Source: Blasia pusilla (Eukaryota). From it: 64,000 nucleotides of DNA. The notes under the pieces are model-generated. The model searched no databases. It saw only the letters and a list, made by a program, of their open reading frames with translations, and was not told the origin of the DNA. Location: positions 23,746,001 through 23,810,000 of the forward strand of contig CM114271.1 of the NCBI GenBank assembly GCA_050084515.1. The letters are read 5' to 3'. Shown here in pieces: positions 1 through 14,320 of this stretch. A program made the position numbers and the translations under genes. The first letter of the stretch is position 1. Every line of letters begins with the position of its first letter.

Positions 1-122
1 CATTCTGGCATATGGCTAAGGTCGTTTTGGTCCCGAATCTACGTCTTGGACGATCCAATCCTTGTTGATACCGCATCCACTACTTTTCAGTCGTAATGCT
101 AATTGGTTAGGCTCATTTGCAG

Positions 123-2020
123 GGCTATGGTTTGACAGAGTCCACTGGCACCGCAACCGTAGTTGATTTGGTTGATTCAGAATATTCGTATGTCAACGGG
201 TCTTGTGGGAAGTTATGCGGGCGGATTCAAGCCAAGATAGTCGACCTAGACTCTGGGAGGCCGCTGCCCCCCAATCAAAGGGGAGAAATATGGTTGCGTG
301 GACCGAACATTATGACAGGTGATGCATATGATCTCTGTTGTGGATGTGGTGGGGGTTTTGCATTCCTGAATTGTCACTTGTTTTGTCCTTGGAGGGTAAA
401 GTGATAGATCTTGCTACTCACCGTAAGTGTTACAATTGAAACTTGGTGATAGTCACTTCGAATTTTGTTTGTCTATTCCGTCCCACTTCAGAATACTTGA
501 ACAATGCGAAGGCAACAGCAGATACTCTGGATAAGGAAGGTTGGCTGCATACGGGAGACTTAGGCTATTTCGACGAGAGGGGATTTCTGTATATTGCTGA
601 CAGAATCAAAGAGTTGATAAAGTACAATGCATATCAGGTAAGAACTCTCATTAGCCATTGGAGGACATTCTCCAAAGACTCATTCGCTAATTTTGTGTCA
701 ACGCAGAAAATCCTACGGCTGATGCGAATGCATCAACAAACAGATGCCTTCTATTGTCTATGAAGACCCAAAGGCCAAAGGACAGCAAGAGCTTGCAAAC
801 AGCTCAACCTAGACAGTTTCTGAAGAGGGTTTCGTGTGTTTCTTTCTGTCTTATCGGTCGTACTCCTTTTCCTGCAGACTTCGTACTGAATATAGTGCTC
901 GACTCTCTGACTTGTCATTTTAGTTCTATGATTGATATTCCTACAGCATTCTCTGTCTAGTTTCGCTCAAGGGGAGAGCAGTTGTAGTGATGACATAGTG
1001 GAGTTTCCTCTGTGCAGATCGCTCCTGCAGAGTTGGAGTCTATTCTTCTCTCACATCCCCACGTTTTGGATGCAGCTGTCGTACCGTAAGTGGTCCTTGT
1101 TCTATTCTTTCGAGAAATAGTTGCTTAGATATGCAACTTTGGATACCACTGGCTTATACTAGAAAACAACCATTCAGGAAGATGTTTGAATTTATGGTTG
1201 CTTTCCAGGTTTCCGGATGAGTTGGCGGGAGAGATACCTCTGGCTTTCATAGTGAGGCGTCCGAATCATGCCCTGAATGAGGATACTGCTTTGAAATTTG
1301 TTGCTGAAAGGGTGAGTTTCCTGCAAAGCCTTGTCAATCTGCTTTTTTGGAGAACTTTCCATGCCGTCTATTGCAAATGTTGTACCACCTCACATTCGGT
1401 GGGGTTGGTTTTAGGGAGTGCAAAGGTCATTTGAGAAATATGATACATGAGAAGACCATGTTAAGCTAAAACCTAGTGGCAACTGAATCTTTTTACTGAG
1501 TTGTGCTCCCTTCAAGGTTTAACCAGATCTCTGGCTTATCAAGGTTCAGAGTAGTCAAAGTAAGACCCATTGGGGAGTTCCTTCTTGCATTCTGAGCCAC
1601 GGTCTGATGATTCTTAGGCTAGGATGTGTATGATTTATGTTAATATTCCCGAGTCACAAAACCTTGAAGGTGCGTCATGGCTCCATGCTACAAAAACTTG
1701 AAGGTTCCGAAATTACTACTTGACTTCCTGCATGGTCAAGGACTATGTACTTCCAAACACTGGCAGAGAATTCAAGCGAGTTGTTTCTGTGACATGGACC
1801 AGAAGTATGTGTTATAATTTCTGGATCTATGCCACGCTTGGTGAATTGTTGAAAGACCATACGCCGGTGCACTCTCATCTGGTGGTCTCTTGTGTGGTAG
1901 GTGGCCCCGTTCAAGAAGATTAGGAGAGTTATCTTCGTGGACAGTATTCCCAAGAGTGCTGCAGGGAAAACCCTTCGACGAGAGTTAATCACGATGTTGC
2001 GGCCCACATCCAAACTTTGA
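123..2020 (+). CDS. 4-coumarate:CoA ligase-like / OPCL-type peroxisomal acyl-CoA synthetase, copy 1 (5' exon outside window); exons 123-318, 492-637, 1018-1085, 1209-1311, 1901-2020
   Basis: Spliced translation gives [39 protein letters not shown] and [12 protein letters not shown]. All introns are GT-AG. The protein ends PTSKL* (PTS1). Confidence 0.92.
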
Positions 2021-3736
2021 TATCCTGACGCTCATTCCATTGAGGTAAGCTCCCATATCTTACCAGATGTACAAGCCTAGACGCACTGTGACAGCCACGA
2101 TTATGGGATGCCTCCTGGTTTACCAATTCATCCTCTGAAACCTGGAAACTGCTCCTGAGGTGGAATCCTTTCTATCGGATTTGACCTGTTCATCTGCTTC
2201 ACACTTCAGCTATCATGACATAAACGCTTTACAAAGAGGCAAGAGAGGAACTGTGGATGAAGGATGATCTATTGATGACTAGATTGAAGCAGAGAATGTA
2301 GGAGGTAGGAATAACACCCAACTTGCTCCCTACTGTACTTGCAGGAGGTCAAATCTCTGCATTGTCTGTAAAGAAAGGCATAAATAGTGCATTTAGGCAG
2401 CAGTTGCATCTGTTTGCAGAATGAGAAGATGCACGGACTTTCTTTTGTACGTTAAGGGACATACTTTGTATAATTTCATCACTTTGTAACATACATGGAA
2501 TCTTTACAAATTCTTGAGCTGGATCTTTCTTTTTCCACCAGAAAAGGAGAATGAGATAGCAGTCCATATGACCCCTTCTGTGTGTGGGCGTAGATCGTGG
2601 AGGATTTCTTATGAAAGAGTTGCAGGTGAGGAAGGAAAATGGACCATATCCAACTCCTCTTAAAAAGATCCTCATGGAGCGTTTTGACAATTTTTTTCTT
2701 GAAAAATATAGAGCCCATTTTGTAATCAATGGAACCACATGGGTATCCATCTAACTAGCCATCTAAAAGCACATAAAAAGGTGTTATTCCACATGAGTCT
2801 TCATTGACAAGGCACATGCCCATCCCAATTGTACGGTTCAGATAAACCCTGCAAGGTTTCTATTACAAAGAGTTAAACAAAATATAGGATAGTGCCTAAA
2901 TATAAAATTTTTGTCACATACATAGTGATTCATATGCTTAGGAACGAACTCTAACATGTCGTGCACATACATGTCGTTACGTAACATATATAAATATCCA
3001 ATAAGCTCAATAATTTGGAAATTAGAATCATTCATGGGAACAAAAGACACACACATAAATAATCATATATTAAAAAGTCTCTAATGAATTTTAAATACAC
3101 CAACAGAATGAGATCATAAAGCTCTCTCTTATATCAAACCAAACTCATTCTCATAATGAGAGGTTGGAATTTAGTCACAAGGCAAGAGAAAACTTTAGCT
3201 ACTTTGTATGATGGAAATACATTCAACAAAAAGAGAATGAACTCCTATGCAAATTTTTTCTCATTTAAGTATTGTCGCGATACTCATAACCAAACGAGTG
3301 CTAAACGAAACATCAGAACTATAGCGGACTCACGTTAGGATGGTTTGTGTGTTGGAGAGGTCTCTTGGGAAGAGATGCAAGAAACACAAGAGATGAGACG
3401 CGAACAAGCTTGGGCATTTCATGCGTTTATGGTCACGACTAGGAAATTGACTCATTTAGTTGGGTCTCGGTTTGGGGCTCATGCAAGGTCCATTGGACAG
3501 TTGGGACCACTAGCCGTTCGAACGTCGTTTTAGATGCTTGGACTAACCAGAGAGTCTCTCCCAAGTCTTGAAAGACTTGCTTGTGTTGGGAAGTGAGGAA
3601 TTAGGAAGGTTGAGCTTGATGAGATACCGAGTTGAGAACGCAGTGAGTTGGAAAGTTGATTGATCCAGTCCAGACTAATGTGAGTGTATTTGGGTGCAGA
3701 TCAATAGCGAGAGCGTGCCCTATTGAACGTACGCTT

Positions 3737-6700
3737 TGTCACGTCTTTTAGGATAAATCGGTGAGATCTAGTATAGCGTCTTCAAGAGTAGTGGAGGACA
3801 GGCCTAGGAGGTCGAGGATGATCTGCTGAGGCCCCAGGAAAGCTGAGAGAGCAGATTTCCTTTTCGTTTTGGCTCATTTGGAGCTATATTGAGGAACTTA
3901 TTATTTTAGGTAAGTACCATTTTGAGCATATGATCGACTTTCTATTTTTGATAAGTGGCCCATGACCTCCTACATCAGGTCAAGAGCCAAAGATGTGACT
4001 TGGGAGAATAGGCTACCATGCAGAGAGCTTGGGAGAGGAGAGGGATATATATCCCAAGGAGATAGAGCTTGAGAGCTCGTTCTCTCTTTGTTGAACCTCT
4101 TGGCATGAGGCGGCGGAGTTATGGTCCGTTGCCTTGTGAGTGTAACCCAAGCCTCTCATTAGGAGAGCGGGTTTGGTTTGACATGAGAGAGAATGCACAC
4201 CTTTGAGAGCTATGGTGTGAGATTGTGTAGAGAGAGATTGGATCTTACTTTACAAAGAGAGAATCAGAGAAGGAGAGAAAGAGAGAATGCGAGAATGAGA
4301 GAGCTTCATGGGGGAGCTCGCTGGTCACTCGCTGTTTTTGCAGGTTGGGGACCATGTTCCCCGTTCAACGGCTCATGGGAGTGCTTATCAGAGCAAGGGT
4401 TGTTTGGATTGTTCTTTGCATTTGCCGATCTTTCGTGTGGAAGAGTGGCGCACGGAAGCGTTGCCCAATTTCTGATAGGGATTGAGTATGGAGGCGGGTT
4501 GCCCTATGCCGATGCTTTCGGGAGCACCATGTCGTTTGCTGATTTACATTTTTACAGGTTTTATATTTTTTTTGGAAGGAATCAGCGCGGAAGCGTTGTC
4601 GAATGTTGGGTAGAAGAAAGAGATATTAGGCTTTACGACAGTCCTTGTCAGTTTTTACTGGAATGTCCGATTCAAATATTTTTTGATGCTGGCGTAGATC
4701 GTGAAGTTGTGCACGCTGTGCAACAAACAGTGCGCAATTTAGAGTTACGAACAAAAAGTTATGGTCAATCTTGCAAAACTGTCATTATTAGGCAATTTTT
4801 AGGGTCAAATTGTGCAAACCTAAACCAGCCGCCACACTGGCGGTGGCCGTCGCCGTCATAGTCACAGTCAACGGTCAATCGTCACCAGCGACGATCAACC
4901 GTCATCATCATTGCTTGTCTGTCACCATCAACGGTCATCTGTCACCGTCAATGGTCCACCGTCTGTTGTCCACCCTTGGTTGCCATTGCCGTCGTTACGG
5001 AGTGGAGGGTCTTCCACAACGTTCGTTGATTCTCGGACTTGCGTCGCCATCACGTACTTTGTTTTGACCGCCACCGTCATCAATCTGTGATGGCATATGA
5101 CCTCATGTTATAGTGTTTGAGTTTTGATTTCCTGCTGTTATGTTGTGATTGGTAACCGCTCAACGACGATCGGATACCGTGCTGCGACGCCTATAACCGC
5201 AACGCGCCGCCGATTGTGGCGTGCCGCTCGTGGCCGCACCGCACCGTCTTGATCGCGGAGCCGCTCCGGTATTGTGGAGCAGAGTGTGGATTTATTGTTG
5301 ATTGAGGAGGGTATGCCGCCGAATGCCGCATCCCATCATCGAGGGCCGCCCCGTTCGTAGCCGTTCCGTGCCGCCTGCTACGCCGCACCGTTCCGCGGGA
5401 ATTGCATCGTCTATCGAGGAGTTTTGAGCAACGTCAGTACGGGAGGAGTATGACTGGCTGATTGGAGGAGTTGTCTCCACGACTGAGTTGGGATGGAGAT
5501 TCGTTGTTGCTGAGGAGCGACATCGACATGTGTTCAGGTTATTCTGGTTCTTTATCCTATACGTGTGAGGGATTCTGGGATTTGGGTAGTTTATTTGGGG
5601 ATATTGGGTGTGTGGATGCTGAGAGCATTATTTATGTATGTGATTTAGGGGACATAGGCCTGTGTGGAATGTTGGAGTTGAGGGTAGCTTGTCGATGAGA
5701 TGATAGTCTTGGTCGATTTGTCGCACCACGCCGCTTATTGTCGCACATTACATGTCTCGGGGAGGGAGAGTGTAGATCGAGTGCCGCATGTTTGGGATGA
5801 GTGATTGAGGGATTACTCGCAAGGCTACGGACGTCACGGCACGGTACCCGATCGTCGTTGAGCGATTACCAATCGCAACATAGGAACATGAAATCAAAAG
5901 TCAAACACTATAACAGGAGGTCATATTCCATCACAGATTGATGACGGTGGCGGCCAAAACAAAGTACGTGATGGCGACGTAAGTCCGAGAATCAATGAAC
6001 GTTGTGGAAGACCCTCCACTCCGTAACAACGGCAATGGCAACCAAGGGTGGATAACGGACGGTGGACCATTGACGGTGACGGATGACCGTTGATGGTGAC
6101 GGACAAACGGTGACGGTGACGGTTGACCGTTGCTGGTGATAATTGACCGTCGACGGTGAAATTTGACCGTTGACTGTGACTATGACGGCGACGACCGTCG
6201 CCGGTGTGGCGGCTGGTTTAGGTTTGCACAATTTAACCCTAAAAATCGCCTAGTAATGGCAATTTTTCAAGATTGACCATTACGTTTAGCTCGCAACTCC
6301 AAATTGCGCACTGTTTGTTGCACAGCGTGCAGAACTTCACGATCTACGCCAACATCAAAAAATATTTGGAATCGGACATTCCAGTAAAAAATGACAGGGA
6401 CTGTCGTAAAGTACAATATCTCTTTCTTCTACCCAACATTCGGCAGCGCTTTCCCGCTGCTTCTTCCCAAAAAAAATATAAAACTTGTAAAAAATGTAAA
6501 TCAGCAAGCGACATGGTGCTCCCGAAAGCACCGGCATGGGGCAACCCGCCCCATATTCAATCCCTATAAGAAATTGGGCAGCGCTTCCGTGCGCCACTCT
6601 TCCACACGAAAAATCGGCAAATGCAAAGAACAATCCAAGCAACCCTTGCTCCGATGAGCACTCTCATGAGCCGTTGAACGGGGAACACGGTCTCCAACGT

Positions 6701-6889
6701 GCAAAAACAGCGAGTGACCATCGAACTCCCCCATGAAGCTATCTCATTCTCGCATTTTTTCTTTCTCTTATTCTCTCATTCTAAAGACTACGTGTCTCGT
6801 TGGTACTTTGTGTCTCGTTGTAAGAATGCCATGAGTTAGCATGGGATCGTGGGTGTTTGTGTGTGTATTCGGTGATAGCGATGTGGACA
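3737..6889 (+). mobile_element. Non-autonomous, internally rearranged derivative of the DNMT-PHD Gypsy family: block A 3737-4254, leader to 5825, inverted leader copy 5823-6782, block-B-like end 6800-6889
   Basis: 3737-5825 aligns by eye with 33663-35655. 6800-6889 resembles 42984-43108. Starts TGTC and ends GACA. No TSD seen. Confidence 0.8.
4260..6782. repeat. Long inverted repeat, arms ~4260-5198 and ~5823-6782, spacer ~620 bp
   Basis: The reverse complement of 5823-6782 matches 4260-5198. The same peptides (e.g. GLPQRSLILGL, FFAFAD.SCGRVAHGS) appear on opposite strands in the ORF track. Confidence 0.9.
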
Positions 6890-8464
6890 CAAAATGGAAG
6901 GGCAACCATGTAAAGGAGACAAATTGGATTACGAAGGAAAATTTGGAATATTCCCAAGAGTTCTTAGAGGACTTCAAACAGATGTAAGGGAAGCTCTTAA
7001 GTTTGTACATAGATATACTAGAGACTTGTCTAATTATTGTTGGAAGCTAGGGGCTTGAGAGCTGTTTTAACTAGAGTGAGTTAGTTTTTTAAATAAAGCG
7101 ATGCATGAGTTTGGAGAATTACGATCAATACATGGTTGGATGATGGAAATTTTTTTGTGGCAATTCAATGACAATCAATATTTCTTCATGAGCTTAGGAT
7201 ATATGTCAAGAAGAGATGCAAGGAATATTTGAGGAAAGTATGTGGCTTGATTTGGATAAGCACACTCAACAAGACTACGTATTGGATGACCAATGCTTAG
7301 GCTCGCCCTCGTGTCGGTAAGGCATGTGGTTCTATCTTGGGGTAATCTTATATGTGAAGTGATGGGTAAAAGTAAGGACATCCCTAAGTAAAATTCTACG
7401 ATGATTCAAACATAATACACATATGCAACTGCGAGCTTATAAATATGTAGGATGTTTGGATGTTATGAGCAAGTGAAGTCTTGGATAGAAGTATTAGTTG
7501 GTAAGCTTATTAGTTTAGCTTCAATTAGCTTTGAAGAAGTCGGTCTAAGCTTGAGTATGTTGAAAAAAAGAAGCGTAATGTCTCTAAGTGTTGCATGGGA
7601 AAACTTAAGCCTTAAGTTATAAGAGGAATTGTGGGTTAATTATCATAACGTAATTGGATGTCGGAGGGTTTGGCTTCCTAAGTAGAACTTGACATAAAGT
7701 GTTTGCTTTGATGAGGGCATCATTTCTTTAAGAGGGATAAGTGTTGTGACCCCTATAACCAAACTCATGCTGACACAAGTAATCAAAATTCTACGTGGCT
7801 CACACTATAATCGAGGTGCTTCAAAGTCTCACAAACAAGATACGACTTAGAGAACATGCAACACGAGCCTAACATGCATATGAAACAATGAAGGCTGTAA
7901 CCTACAAGACCATGATCAAACACGGTGTGGAACTTTAGGAATTCCACAAGGGTTGGATTCCAACGAGGTTGCAACCTGGCTTGGAATCATGCCAAATTTT
8001 TGGTGTTTCTTTGTGTTTTGTGGAGTTGGAAAGTGTGTGTTTAGTCGGTTCCAATCCACTAAAGATATAGACAAACACACAACGGAGACCCCTAAAACAT
8101 GCATGGAACTGTCGGAATGATATTGGGTTGAGACTTGAGAGCCATAAGTAGCGGTCTCAATAGATGGGAAAAAAATTCATAACAGGAGCAAGAATTTTTT
8201 TTTGAATTTTAGGGCATCTTCAATATTGGTCACGAGTTATGCACATACGCTACACTAATTTTCATAAACAAATTGAAAATTCCAATATGAATAGGGAGGA
8301 GAGACGAAAAATAAAATTGCGAAAAACATGGAAATAAGATAGGGAAGAAATAATAGATTGGTCTTCCCTCTACATTCTAATTTCCTTAAAAGAATCTAGG
8401 AACAAAAGGACTCCTACCAATACAACCTTCTCCCCAAAAGTAGAAAAAATTCTCCTTAAGTTCA

Positions 8465-8693
8465 TCTATATTATTATGGGAGAGTACTTTCTTGATTTGT
8501 AAATACATATGTGTTTGACACGTGACAAGTGGGCAGCAAGAAAATGTTTCATATGCTACGGACATCAAGAAAAAAGTTTGAATTTGTGTGCAATATCATT
8601 AATCCCTTCCCTTCAAAGACTATACACTAACCAAAACTCTTTAAACACTTTTTATTTATTTATTTCCCGTGTATAGCATGAGCACCGCACTAA
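8465..8693 (+). mobile_element. Non-autonomous Helitron-like element (~200-bp family)
   Basis: A|TCTATATTATTATGGGAGAG start and CTAA|T end. Homologous to copies at 15938, 20803, 30375 and 58530. Confidence 0.6.
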
Positions 8694-9882
8694 TAATTAT
8701 TGAAAGAAACCCTCTTAGTGGTAGTCATGTTTTTTAAATGTAATTGATATTTTATGTGAGTTTAAGAACACGGTGTCCCCTTTTTTCACCTTTTTATGAT
8801 CCGGTGAATAAAAAGCATTATGGACTCCTCGGGTCCCCTTCTTTTGTATTTTTACCCTTTTAGGCAAACTTTCTTTACTTCACTCTTCATGGGTGAAATA
8901 AAAAACGGATCCATCTCTCTACTCATCGGATCCCTCTTCTTTCATATTTTCACCATTCATTCATGCTATTTTCGTTGAGATTATTAAAAGAAATGCAATC
9001 GTCCATAAGAAGAAAAGCACTTTCTACGAATCTATTCCAATCTACAGCATGTGCAGGCACCGTAAAAGGGGCAATGGGGTTGTTTGTAGCTAAAAGTAGG
9101 AATAGAAAAAGGGGCCAGCAGGTGAAAATAGGATTAGAAAAAATGAAAAGGGGTAATAGAAAACCCATCAGGGAGGGGGAAAAAAAACCATAACGGTTAT
9201 GATTATTACCAACTCATTAGAAAAGAAGGGCAATGAGGGCGTTGGTAGCCTCTTATTATATTTATTTGTTCGTTTCACTCTCTGTTTTTCTCCATCTGGG
9301 CTATCCACGTGTCCACCACACGCGTCACTACTTATTTGTCTCCCACTGGTTGCATATTAGCTCGTTTTCTTCGTTGTGAATGTGCGGATGCACATCCAGA
9401 ACTCGGCAATTACCACGAGGGGTGCCGGCGACGTGGATTATGGATCGTCTCGCTTTCGCCGGCGAGACGCCTTACGTCCGCACTGTCGGCGAGAGTCTGT
9501 CTGGGACTCGCGGGGGACCGCTAGCGCAGCAGTCCCGGATTGAGACGATTCTTAAGGCGCTGGGTCGTTAGTGTGCACAGCGCTGTGCAGGAGCGCGCGG
9601 GCTCACTCTATGGTCTGCGCTGCTGCGGAAGCGAGCTGGAGTCGCGATAGTCGGGAGGATGCGATCGACGAATTGTGGGGATTGCTGGCGAGTGAGAGAG
9701 ACGAGATTCACAGGTAGACTGTAGCTGGAAGGCTGAATTCTCTGCTGCACACCGATTACAAGTCTCTGAGCGGATGTGAGGGGAGTGTGTGTCGGACTTG
9801 GGAGGTGCGATTTCTTGGCGGGTCTTCGTGACAATTGGATTTCGTTCCTGTGCGCTGTTTTGGTGCTGTTGCTGGAGAAGTT

Positions 9883-12860
9883 ATGGCCAGCTACGAAAAC
9901 AGTGGATATGATGGCGGAATCTATCATAGTTTGCTACCGTCGTTCCCGATGCCCAATGAAACTTATTTGGACTGGGCGAGCTTCATTTTTGGCGGTGATT
10001 GGGCCTCTGATCGCGTAGTTCTAGTCGATGCTCACAGTGGAAACAGTTTCACATATCGAGAGCTGAAAAGGAGAGTGTACTCTGTGGCTGCGGGCCTTGC
10101 CCAAGCTGGAGTGAAGCAGGGTGATATTGTATTGCTTGTAGCTCCCAACTCGATCCACTACCCTGTTTTGGCATTTGGGGTTATATCCTTGGGAGCTATA
10201 GTCACGACAGCAAATACGACGAACACCATCATGGAATTTGAGAAGCAGGTTAAAGACTCGAATTCACGTTTCCTGGTCACAGTCCCGGAGTTGGTGGGGA
10301 AATTGGCCCAGCTCAAGCTACCTCTCATTTTGATCGATGGGTCTGAACGTACGGCAGTTACGAATGCTCATCCAATTGCCTACATGTCCCATCTCTTGAA
10401 AACAGATCCCAACAAGGCTCCAAAAGCAAAAATCAGGCAGACTGATCCTGCAGTCTTGATGTATTCGTCCGGAACAACAGGACCCAGCAAAGGGGTGCTT
10501 CTCTCTCATAGGAGTTTTATATCTTCAACTCTTCAACGAAAGGACATAGCTGCTGTTAATGCTAACGAGCAGACTGTGCTGTGTGGTATAGTTCCCTTCT
10601 TTCATATAATGGGTCTGGCCGTAGTTTTGGGTGATACGCTATTGTGGCGCAATAAATTAATTGTATTCGCAAGATATGATTTCACCGAGTTGCTTCAATG
10701 TATCGAACGCTACCACATAACGCATGTTCCTGTTGTTCCTCCAATCTTGGTCGCCCTGACGAAGAGTCCGCTCGTGAACAATTATGACGTCAGTTCAATC
10801 AAGGCCATTCTGTTTGGAGCAGCTCCTGCGGGAAAGCAGCTTCTAATAGAGTGCGCTGAGAGATTCAAAGGCGTTTCTCTTCTACAGGTGCACATCGACA
10901 TCGCTTCTGCAAGCTCACAGTCCGTTGATTTCTTTCTACCATGCAGAGTTGACAAACTAACGTGCAGGTCTCGAGGGATCAGTGGACTGGGCTATATCAT
11001 TCTTTCTGTCATGGCCAAGTTCACTGCTTCTTCTCGAATCTCTGTCTTGTACTATTCCATCCACGTTGGAACCATGTGACGACAGTCAACATAGTTTCAA
11101 CGTAGTACCCATTAGTACCACAGTCGCAATACTAATAGGTCGCCTGATTTGCAGGGCTATGGTTTGACAGAGTCAGCTGGTGCCGCTACTGGGGTACCGT
11201 GGGGTGATGCAGAATATGCGTATCTCAGAGGGTCTTGTGGGAAGTTACACGGGCAGGTTCAAGCCAAGATAGTCGACATCGACTCTGGGAGGCCGTTGCC
11301 TCCCAATCAGAAGGGAGAAATATGGCTGCGTGGACCGAATATTATGATAGGTGATGCATGTGATTTCTGGTGTGGGGTGTGGTGGGGGTTATGCATTCCT
11401 GAGTTGTCACAGGTTTTGTCCCTGGAGGTGAAATACTAGATCTTCGTTTTTTCCAAAAGTACACAATTCAAAATTCGTGATCGTCACTACTAATTCTGCT
11501 TCTCGATTCCGTTCCCCTTCAGAATACTTGAACAATGCCAAGGCGACAGCAGATACTCTGGATAAGGAAGGTTGGCTGCATACAGGAGATCTCGGCTACT
11601 TCGACGAGAGAGGGTTTCTTTATATTGTTGATAGAATCAAAGAGCTGATTAAGTACAATGGATATCAGGTAACGACCTTATGTAGCCACTGGAGGACCTT
11701 TCCTAAAGAATCTGGTCAAAGCATACCTCGCAGCTTTCATGGTCGATGGGAATGGATTGATAAACGGATGGCTTCTATTAGCTATGGAGACCCAAGGGCA
11801 AAAACGCAGCAAGAGTTTTCAAACAGCAAAATCAAGACCGTTTCTGAAGAGGATCTCCTGTACTCCTTTTCTTTCTTCTTTTTTCCTGCAGGTTGTGTAC
11901 TGTAGACAGTGTTCAACTGGGTTCATATTTGCGTCTGTGATTGATAGTCCTACGGCACTCTGTCTCTACGTGAGCTCATATGGGGAACAATTGTAGTGAT
12001 GTAGAGAATTTTCTTCTGCGCAGGTCGCTCCTGCAGAGTTGGAGTCAATTCTCCTATCACACCCCCAAGTTCTGGATGCAGCTGTAATACCGTAAGTGTT
12101 CCTTGTTGTATTTTTCGATGGACTGGTGGTTGGATTGGATATGCATACTTCGGAGACTGATGGCTTATACTAGGAATTCTCTCAGAAAGATGTTTGAATT
12201 TGTGGAGGTGGTCCAGGTTTCCGGATGAGGTGGCCGGGGAGATACCTTTGGCTTGTATAGTGAGGGTTCCAAATCATTCCCTCAATGAAGATGCTGCCAT
12301 GAAATTTGTACCTGAAAAGGTCCGTTTTCTGAAAGGCATTGTCACTCTGCTTCCTTAGACGACTTCCCATGCTGTCTATTGCAAATGTGTGACCACCTTG
12401 CATCATGTGGTGTTCGTTTTAGGGACTGCGAAGGTCGTTTGTAATATACGATACCTAAGAATACCATGATTTTGGGCATAGGATTTGTGTTTGCATTCCC
12501 GATGAGCAAAAACTTTAAGGTGCTGCGTGACTCCATGCTACCAAAACTTGAAGGTTCCAAAATCACTGCTTGGCGTCCAGCTGGGATGACGACTAAGTAC
12601 TTCCAGCCACTGGCAGGGAATCTAAGGGAGTTATTTTTTGTGACATGGCCAAGAAGTAGGTGTTCTTCTCGCCACATCTATGTCACATTGGGTGGATTGT
12701 CCAGAGGCACATTCTCATCTGATGGTCTTTTGTGTGATAGGTGGCTCCGTTCAAGAAGATTAGGAAAGTTGTATTCCTGGACAGCATTCCCAAGAATGCT
12801 GCTGGGAAAGTTCTTCGACGAGAGTTGATCACGCTGTTGCAGCCAAAATCCAAACTTTGA
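9883..12860 (+). CDS. 4-coumarate:CoA ligase-like / OPCL-type peroxisomal acyl-CoA synthetase, copy 2 (complete); exons 9883-10887, 11155-11350, 11523-11668, 12024-12091, 12217-12319, 12741-12860
   Basis: AMP-binding motif [12 protein letters not shown], plus [21 protein letters not shown] and GWLHTGD. Same intron positions as copy 1. C-terminal PKSKL*. Confidence 0.95.
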
Positions 12861-13989
12861 GATGCTGAACCTGGCTCCATTGAACTCAACCTACATTTCA
12901 CAATGCGCTGGCCAAGTTCACACCACCCGATGAGACCTGTCACTGCTACGGGCACTACCAACCAAGTTTCTTCCAAATCTCATGGCATGCCTTCTTCCAT
13001 CCTCTGAAATCTGGGGATTGCTCCTGAGCTTGAACTCTACTATCCGATTTGACCTATTCATGTGCTTCACACATGAATAGGTCAAATCGGATAGTAGATG
13101 AAATAGGTTCCTGTGTTGTTTACAAAGAAGCAACACAGGAACTGTGGACCAAGGGTGATCCATTCCCAATTAGATTGAATTACAAAATGTAGAATGCAGG
13201 AATAACACTCAAGTAGCTCTCCAGTTCTTGAGAGGAAGTAAAATCTCAGCATTGTCTGGCAAAGAAAGACCGAAAGTGTGATTTTAGACGCAATTTCCTT
13301 CTTCAATGAAGGGGCAGAGTTTGTATATTCACTATTGAAAATTACTTTGTGCCGTCTGCATTTGTTCTGTAACCAAAGAATGTTGGGGTCAGCATATGAC
13401 CCTAGTCGGTGCAGCCTGTTATAAGCCTCCTCACAACTGAAAGTGGTTGCCAATTTGATGGTAGGGTTGATGAGATAGTACACATTTGTGCGATTGTGGT
13501 GCCAATCAATTCTTCTTCACTGTGCTTGAAATGAAGTGTTTCCATACCTCTCCAGGTACGATCGTCGTAGAGCTGCATATCATCTGAGCGGCCCCATAAT
13601 CCAAAGACACTTCCGAACGGGTCCCTGGAGATTACCACAATCACCATAGTTTGGCGTCCAACAACCGTTAACGAGGCTATCTCTTTTCATTATCTCCTAT
13701 TTTGCTCATCACAATATCTCTCTCCAAAAGTAGTGTTAGTTCAATATGAAGCAAACGAGACTGGGAAAATGAGGAATCTTCTCGACGTTACCCCTGATAT
13801 CTGAGAAGGGGAGAAGTATAATTCAATTGGATGCGAGAGAATCCAATCTCGTGGAATTTACCCCGTACATCATCCCGTCGGAAGGGAGGCAGAAAGAGGT
13901 GTGGTGAAGAACCTTGGGGACCCACAATATGTGCACATTGATTCAGAATCCCCAAGGCCGTTGTAGCTGGACATAAAGCTTCTAGAGCC

Positions 13990-14320
13990 TTGCAGCTGTC
14001 TCCTAAACGCCATAAATGTCAGTTTGACATTCGCGCTCGCCCGATCGCAGCTCATGGTTCAGCGATTGGAGACGGACCTGTAGCTAATTGCAAAGTGCGC
14101 CGGCTTGGAGAAAGGCTGCACTTGTCTCCGGCATGAATATTACTTTGACATCCGCATTCGCCCGATAGGAGATTACGGTGCAGCGGTGAGAGACGGACCT
14201 GTGGCTGTACGAAATCCGGCAGTTGGGAAGAAATCTTGCAGCTGTCTCCGCCATGACTGTTACGTTCGGTATCGATTGCAGCTTATGGTGCAGCGATTAA
14301 AAACGGGACTGTAGCCGTAT
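13990..14320. repeat. Degenerate tandem repeat, ~3 units of ~120 bp
   Basis: Recurring tgcagctgtctcc...tttgacat.cgc..tcgcccgat...ggtgcagcg...gagacggacctgt at ~13990, ~14118 and ~14236. Confidence 0.6.

Noticed and set aside
4193-4861. 222-aa ORF and the similar ORFs at 6273-6736 and 34165-34951
   Set aside because: They lie in the TE leader, the reading frames differ between copies, and no domain is recognisable.
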